A stretch of DNA of 64,000 nucleotides from Sulfurimonadaceae bacterium (GTDB lineage Bacteria > Campylobacterota > Campylobacteria > Campylobacterales > Sulfurimonadaceae): the NCBI GenBank assembly GCA_041571435.1, contig JBFFUI010000004.1, forward strand, positions 30,525 through 94,524. The letters are read 5' to 3'. Below are positions 59,385 to 64,000 of the stretch, piece by piece. Every line of letters starts with the position of its first letter. Position 1 is the stretch's first letter. Below the pieces are notes generated by a model. The model searched no databases. It had not been told where the DNA came from and worked only from the letters and a program-made list of their open reading frames with translations. The position numbers and the translations under genes were made by a program.

Positions 59385-61814
59385 ATGCGTGTAGTGATAG
59401 TTGGTGGCGGGATCGCGGCGGTCTATATGGCCAATGCACTGATCCAAAAGTCACCTCAGACAGATGTCCTTATTGTCTCGGGCGAATCCTATAACCCTTA
59501 TGACCGTATTCACCTCTGCTCTCTTGTTGATGGCAGTGCGACAGTGGATGACATTGCATTGGAACTCGACGAACGGGTCAGGATGGAGCTGGATCAGCAC
59601 ATTGCTTCCGTCGATCCTGTCTCCAAACGTATCTTCTCCGAAAACGCGAGCTATGCCTACGACAAGCTCATCATCGCAACCGGTTCCAAGCCGCGTGCGC
59701 TTTTTGACATCGCCGGGATCGACAATGCTTCCACCTTTCGCAGTGCCAAAGACAGTTTTGCGATTGCAGACAAGATAGCAGGTGCGAACGTGGTGCTGGT
59801 GGGCAGCGGTCCCATCGGGCTGGAACTGCTGGACACCCTGAGCCGTATGGACGCGCCAAAGAGTATCACCCTGTTGTCGCGTTCCGAAAGCCTCTACGCC
59901 AAGGACCTGACGCCGACCGCGGTTGCCCTGGTCACCAGGACCTTTGAGCAGGATGAGCGGGTCAGGATCTTGTTCAATGACGAGATCGTCGACAAGAGGG
60001 TCGAAAACGGTCATATCACCAGCGTGCAGACGAAAACGACGACGATAGAGGAGCCGTACGTTATCTTCGGGGTCGGGATCTCCCCCAATGTCGATTTTGC
60101 CCGTGAGACTCTGGCGTGCGAACGCGGGATTATCGTGGATGCGCAGATGCAGAGTTCGGTCGCCGACATCTACGCGGTCGGCGAAGCGGCGCAGATGAAA
60201 GACGGCTACAGCACCGGCCATGTCAAGGAGTGCACGCGCGAGGCCGATGCGGCGATAGCGCACATCGTGGGCGAAGTCTCTGAAGGTTTTATGCGCGAGG
60301 TGAGCATGGACGCCCTGAAGGTGGGTGCTTTTTTACTTGCAGATGTCACGTCACCGTCATACGATGCCAAAGATACGACCAATGAAGAGGTCGTTATTGC
60401 GTCAAAAGCCGACAACCGGATCGACCAGTACATCATCAACCATGAGCGGTTGGTCCGTTTTATCGGGATCAACTCCAACATCGACCTGATGGCGCTTAAG
60501 ACACTCATGGAGAAGGATAAAGCGGTCGATCCGGCCTTTTTCTATGCCAACCGTCTCGAGAGCGGCCGCGGCAAACTTGTCTGCTCCTGTACGGGAAGCC
60601 ATGAGAAGGACCTTGTCGAGATCATTCAGTCCAATGCGGTGACGGACTTTGCCGAGCTCAAAGCCTTCAGCGAGGCGGGACGGGTCTGCGGGCGCTGCAA
60701 GAAAGAGGTAGCTGAACTTATCGCTTCGACCGAGGTGGATCCCATCGAAGCGGCACGTTTGAAAACCGAACGCGAGGCGGCAGCAGAGGCGGCGAAACTG
60801 GAGAAGGTGCGCCGCCGCATCGCGAAGTTCAACACCCTCCATCCGCGCAACCAGATCAGCGAGACCAACCTCGAAGAGGCGATGCACTCTCTGGACATCA
60901 GCGAAGACTACAACCGCTGGGTCTCGATGGTGACGGCGACAATGCGGCTGCACCCCGACTATGAAGAGGAGGTGGGCAAAGGGGTCAAGGCGCTCAACAA
61001 GATTCCCATCATCTGGCTGGAACTTGCCGACTGTTCGGGCAACTCAGAGGCCTTCATAAAATCCGCCAATCCCGAAGTGGACGAGCTGATCCTCAACTAC
61101 ATCTCGCTGGACTACCATGAACTGCTGATGAGTGCATCGGGTGATGCCTCGGAAAGTGTGCTTGATGATCTCATCAAAAACGATGCCGGTCAGTATATCC
61201 TGCTGGTCGAGGGGGCGATTCCGCTGGGACTCGAGGGTAAGTTCCTGCGTATCGGTCCCAAAGGGGAGACGGGGCTGGAGCTGCTGCGCCGTACTGCCGA
61301 AAAGGCGGCGGCGGTCATCGCCGTAGGCTCATGTGCCTATGACGGCGGTGTCGTTGCTGCGGCACCCAACCCGACGGGTGCCGTCGGTGTTTCAGAGGCG
61401 TTGGGGCGCGATGACATCATCAACCTGCCGCAGTGCCCGGTCAACCCGGTCAACATCGTCGGCACGCTGCTGCACTACCTGATGTTCGAGGAGTTCCCTG
61501 AGCTGGATGAAAAACGGCGGCCGAAATGGGCCTACAGCTACCGCATTCACGACAACTGCGAACGCCGAGGCCATTATGACGCGGGCGAGTTTGTCAAAGA
61601 GTGGGGCGACGAAGGGGCCAAGAAAGGGTGGTGCCTTTTTGAGATGGGGTGCAAAGGACCCTACGCCGACCTGAACTGTTCGGTGGTGCGTTTCAACGAG
61701 GGGACCAACTGGCCGGTCGGTGTCGGCCACGGCTGTTTTGCCTGCGGCGAAGGTAAAGTCGCTTTTGACAAGTATGCCAATAATCGACCGGTAGAGGATG
61801 AGAACAATGAGTAA
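59385..61814 (+). CDS. Fusion protein: NirB-like FAD/NAD(P)H oxidoreductase + BFD-like [2Fe-2S] + [NiFe]-hydrogenase small subunit
   Basis: Flavoprotein motifs IVGGGIAA, PYDR, IIATGS, VGSGPIGLE and YAVGE. BFD motif C400-x-C402-x32-C435-x2-C438. Small-subunit motifs IIWLELADCSGNSE, VEGAIP, GSCA, PQCP, HDNCERR, WCLFEMGCKGP, C..VRFN and WP..VGHGCFAC. Confidence 0.92.
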   Translation: MRVVIVGGGIAAVYMANALIQKSPQTDVLIVSGESYNPYDRIHLCSLVDGSATVDDIALELDERVRMELDQHIASVDPVSKRIFSENASYAYDKLIIATGSKPRALFDIAGIDNASTFRSAKDSFAIADKIAGANVVLVGSGPIGLELLDTLSRMDAPKSITLLSRSESLYAKDLTPTAVALVTRTFEQDERVRILFNDEIVDKRVENGHITSVQTKTTTIEEPYVIFGVGISPNVDFARETLACERGIIVDAQMQSSVADIYAVGEAAQMKDGYSTGHVKECTREADAAIAHIVGEVSEGFMREVSMDALKVGAFLLADVTSPSYDAKDTTNEEVVIASKADNRIDQYIINHERLVRFIGINSNIDLMALKTLMEKDKAVDPAFFYANRLESGRGKLVCSCTGSHEKDLVEIIQSNAVTDFAELKAFSEAGRVCGRCKKEVAELIASTEVDPIEAARLKTEREAAAEAAKLEKVRRRIAKFNTLHPRNQISETNLEEAMHSLDISEDYNRWVSMVTATMRLHPDYEEEVGKGVKALNKIPIIWLELADCSGNSEAFIKSANPEVDELILNYISLDYHELLMSASGDASESVLDDLIKNDAGQYILLVEGAIPLGLEGKFLRIGPKGETGLELLRRTAEKAAAVIAVGSCAYDGGVVAAAPNPTGAVGVSEALGRDDIINLPQCPVNPVNIVGTLLHYLMFEEFPELDEKRRPKWAYSYRIHDNCERRGHYDAGEFVKEWGDEGAKKGWCLFEMGCKGPYADLNCSVVRFNEGTNWPVGVGHGCFACGEGKVAFDKYANNRPVEDENNE

Positions 61815-63504
61815 AAATAAGAAGATCGTGATTGATCCGATTACACGAATAGAGGGGCACCTGCGCATCGAAGTCGAGGTCGATGAAGAGAATGTCATAC
61901 AGGAAGCCTGGGCTTCGGGGCAGCTTTTTCGCGGTATCGAGCTCATTCTCAAAGGACGTGACCCGCGTGATGCCGGGCTGATCGCCCAGCGCATCTGCGG
62001 GGTCTGTACCAACGTCCACTACCGCGCTTCCATCGCATCGGTCGAGAATGCCTACGGCATTGTCCCGCCCAAAAACGCCGAGATCGTGCGCAACCTCATA
62101 AGCCTTGCGCTCTTCGTGCAGGACCATGTGGTGCACTACTATCACCTGCATTCGCTCGACTATGTCGATGTGGTGAGCGCCCTGGACGCCGACATTGATA
62201 AAGCGCTGCAGACTGCACAGCACTACCACAAGAGTCCCTACCGCGCTTCCGCCGGGCATCTGGAAACCGTCAAAGAGAAGCTGGCCTCTTTTGTCGGGGC
62301 CGGGCGATTGGGCCTCTTTGCCAACGGCTACTGGGGGCATGAACGTTACCGGCTGACGCCCGAGCAGAACCTGGTGCACATGAACCACTATCTCGAGGCA
62401 CTGCGTCTGCAGCGGGAGCTGAGCAAAGCGATCGCCATCTTCGCCGGCAAGACGCCGCACCCGCAAAACCTTGTCGTCGGCGGGGTCACCAGCGTGATGG
62501 ACATGCTCAACCCGCAGCGGCTCAATGACTACCTCTTTATCCTCAAAGATGCCTGGGAATTTATCGAACGGGCGTATCTGCCGGATATGAAGATGATCGT
62601 CGAGGCGTACAGAGAGGAGATCCAAAGCGGCGACGGGCGCGGATGCGGCAACTTTCTTGCCTGCGGCGGGTATGACCTTGGCAATGAGGGGCCTCTCTTT
62701 GCAAGCGGTATTGTCAAAGGGTCCGATTTTGATGATGTTCTCGCTTTCGATGTCACGAAAGTGACCGAAGATGTGACGCGTAGCTGGTATGAAGGCAAAG
62801 GCAAGAGTGACCCGTATGCGGGGGATAGCGAACCGCACTACACCGACCTGAACGAAGACGGTACACTGAAAAGTGAAGGCAAATACAGCTGGATCAAGGC
62901 CCCGCGCTACGACGGTATGGCGATGGAGGTCGGACCGGTGGCCAGAATGCTCATCGGCTACAGCAAAGGGGCAAAAAGTGTCACGATGTATCTGCAGCAG
63001 TTCATGGACGACACGGGGATGGGAATGCAGGACTTTGACACGACCATCGGCCGTAATGCAGCCCGCGCCGTCGAAGCACAGGTCTGCTGTGCCGCCACTT
63101 TTGAATATATGAACGACCTTATCGAGAACATCAAGTATTACGACGAAGAAACCTGGACGAAGTATGACTTTGAGGCATTGCCGACCACGGCAGAGGGGCA
63201 TGCCTTTTTTGAGGTGCCGCGCGGCGTGCTTTCGCACTTTGTCCGCATCGAAGATGCCAAGATCGCCAACTATCAGGTTATTGCCCCGACCACATGGAAC
63301 GCTTCGCCGAAAGATGAGGATGATCGGCGCGGCCCTTACGAAGAGGCACTTGTCGGTCTAAAACTTGCCGACCCGTCGCAGCCGCTCGAAGTGCTGCGTA
63401 CGGTACACTCCTTTGACCCCTGTCTGGCCTGTGCGGTGCATGTTATGGATATAAAAGGAGAGGAGATCAGCGCGTATAAGATTGGATCGGCGTGTAGTAT
63501 TTAA
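61807..63504 (+). CDS. [NiFe]-hydrogenase large subunit (group 1-like)
   Basis: IDPITRIEGHL, RGIE.ILKGRDPRD, L1 QRICGVC, YSWIKAPRY, PRG.LSH, L2 SFDPCLACAVH, plus a 20-aa cleavable tail. Start MSKNK follows GAGG. Confidence 0.96.
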   Translation: MSKNKKIVIDPITRIEGHLRIEVEVDEENVIQEAWASGQLFRGIELILKGRDPRDAGLIAQRICGVCTNVHYRASIASVENAYGIVPPKNAEIVRNLISLALFVQDHVVHYYHLHSLDYVDVVSALDADIDKALQTAQHYHKSPYRASAGHLETVKEKLASFVGAGRLGLFANGYWGHERYRLTPEQNLVHMNHYLEALRLQRELSKAIAIFAGKTPHPQNLVVGGVTSVMDMLNPQRLNDYLFILKDAWEFIERAYLPDMKMIVEAYREEIQSGDGRGCGNFLACGGYDLGNEGPLFASGIVKGSDFDDVLAFDVTKVTEDVTRSWYEGKGKSDPYAGDSEPHYTDLNEDGTLKSEGKYSWIKAPRYDGMAMEVGPVARMLIGYSKGAKSVTMYLQQFMDDTGMGMQDFDTTIGRNAARAVEAQVCCAATFEYMNDLIENIKYYDEETWTKYDFEALPTTAEGHAFFEVPRGVLSHFVRIEDAKIANYQVIAPTTWNASPKDEDDRRGPYEEALVGLKLADPSQPLEVLRTVHSFDPCLACAVHVMDIKGEEISAYKIGSACSI

Positions 63505-63607
63505 TCTATAGGCATTGTATTGTTTATATGCATTCCTACGTTTTATGTGAGAATACACATTTGACTGGATGCCTACTTAAAAATATCTAAGCGTTCAACT
63601 GCTGTCA

Positions 63608-64000
63608 TCACAGCGAACCGAGAAAAGTCACGAGTGCACTGTTGAACTCGGCGGGACGCTCCATATTGCTCAGATGTCCCGCATGGGCGATGATTTCCAG
63701 TTGTGAGCCCTCTATCTTCTGATGCATCAGTTTTGCCGCTTCGGGAGGGGTGATCTTATCTTCCTTGCCTACCAGAATTAGCGCCGGTACCTTTATCTCC
63801 TGCAGTCTGCTGCAGCTCTCCTCGCGCTTGTAGAAGGCGCGCAGAGTCTCTACAAGTGTCGTTTCGGGGGTGGCGGCCATCATCGATCGTACGTGTTCGA
63901 GCGTGCTTTTTTGGCTTTGCAGTGATTCGGGTGCAAAGAAGTTTGGCAGGCCTGCTTCGGTGAATGCCTCTATACCGTTTTTTTCGATGCTCTCTATCGC
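63608..64000 (-). CDS. Alpha/beta hydrolase (enol-lactonase-like), 5' part outside window
   Basis: Frame open to the window edge; L.EIKVPALILVGKEDKITPP and AGHLSNMERP catalytic Asp/His motifs. Confidence 0.85.
   Translation of the reverse strand, partial: AIESIEKNGIEAFTEAGLPNFFAPESLQSQKSTLEHVRSMMAATPETTLVETLRAFYKREESCSRLQEIKVPALILVGKEDKITPPEAAKLMHQKIEGSQLEIIAHAGHLSNMERPAEFNSALVTFLGSL

Noticed and set aside
59451-60953. 270-aa and 183-aa antisense ORFs within the fusion gene
   Set aside because: Fully overlap a motif-rich sense gene; no independent evidence.
59385-61814. Annotation as nitrite reductase NirB
   Set aside because: Only the flavoprotein and one BFD domain are present; a hydrogenase small subunit takes the place of the siroheme/[4Fe-4S] NIR_SIR domains.
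61693-63237. 514-aa antisense ORF
   Set aside because: Shadow of the hydrogenase large subunit; no family features.
48451-64000. Integrative element or prophage at the tRNA
   Set aside because: No integrase, transposase, phage gene or att duplication seen within the window, so it is not called as a mobile element.

Overview
A 64-kb chromosomal window from a Campylobacterota bacterium, probably Sulfurimonas/Sulfurovum-like. This is inferred from gene orders shared with Campylobacter/Helicobacter: fabX-amiA, rrf2/rpsO, trmN6-ykgJ-TPR-trpC, a cts-like pilus operon, and envC-ftsX-ftsE-trmB-flpA-rluD/rodA. The first 48 kb is mostly housekeeping genes, plus a tandem pair of PKD-domain paralogues, a 9-gene MSHA/Cts-type pilus/T2SS operon and a ferredoxin:thioredoxin reductase-rhodanese fusion. 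After a tRNA(CAT) gene comes an accessory energy-metabolism region. It holds a complete 9-gene V/A-type ATPase operon and, most notably, a two-gene [NiFe]-hydrogenase. Its small subunit is fused to a NirB-like FAD/NAD(P)H oxidoreductase and a BFD-type [2Fe-2S] domain, and has no functional Tat leader, no membrane anchor and no adjacent cytochrome b. This suggests a cytoplasmic, pyridine-nucleotide-linked enzyme built from a group 1 hydrogenase. I found no CRISPR array, rRNA, transposase or integrase. All family calls come from motif recognition; no database searches were run.
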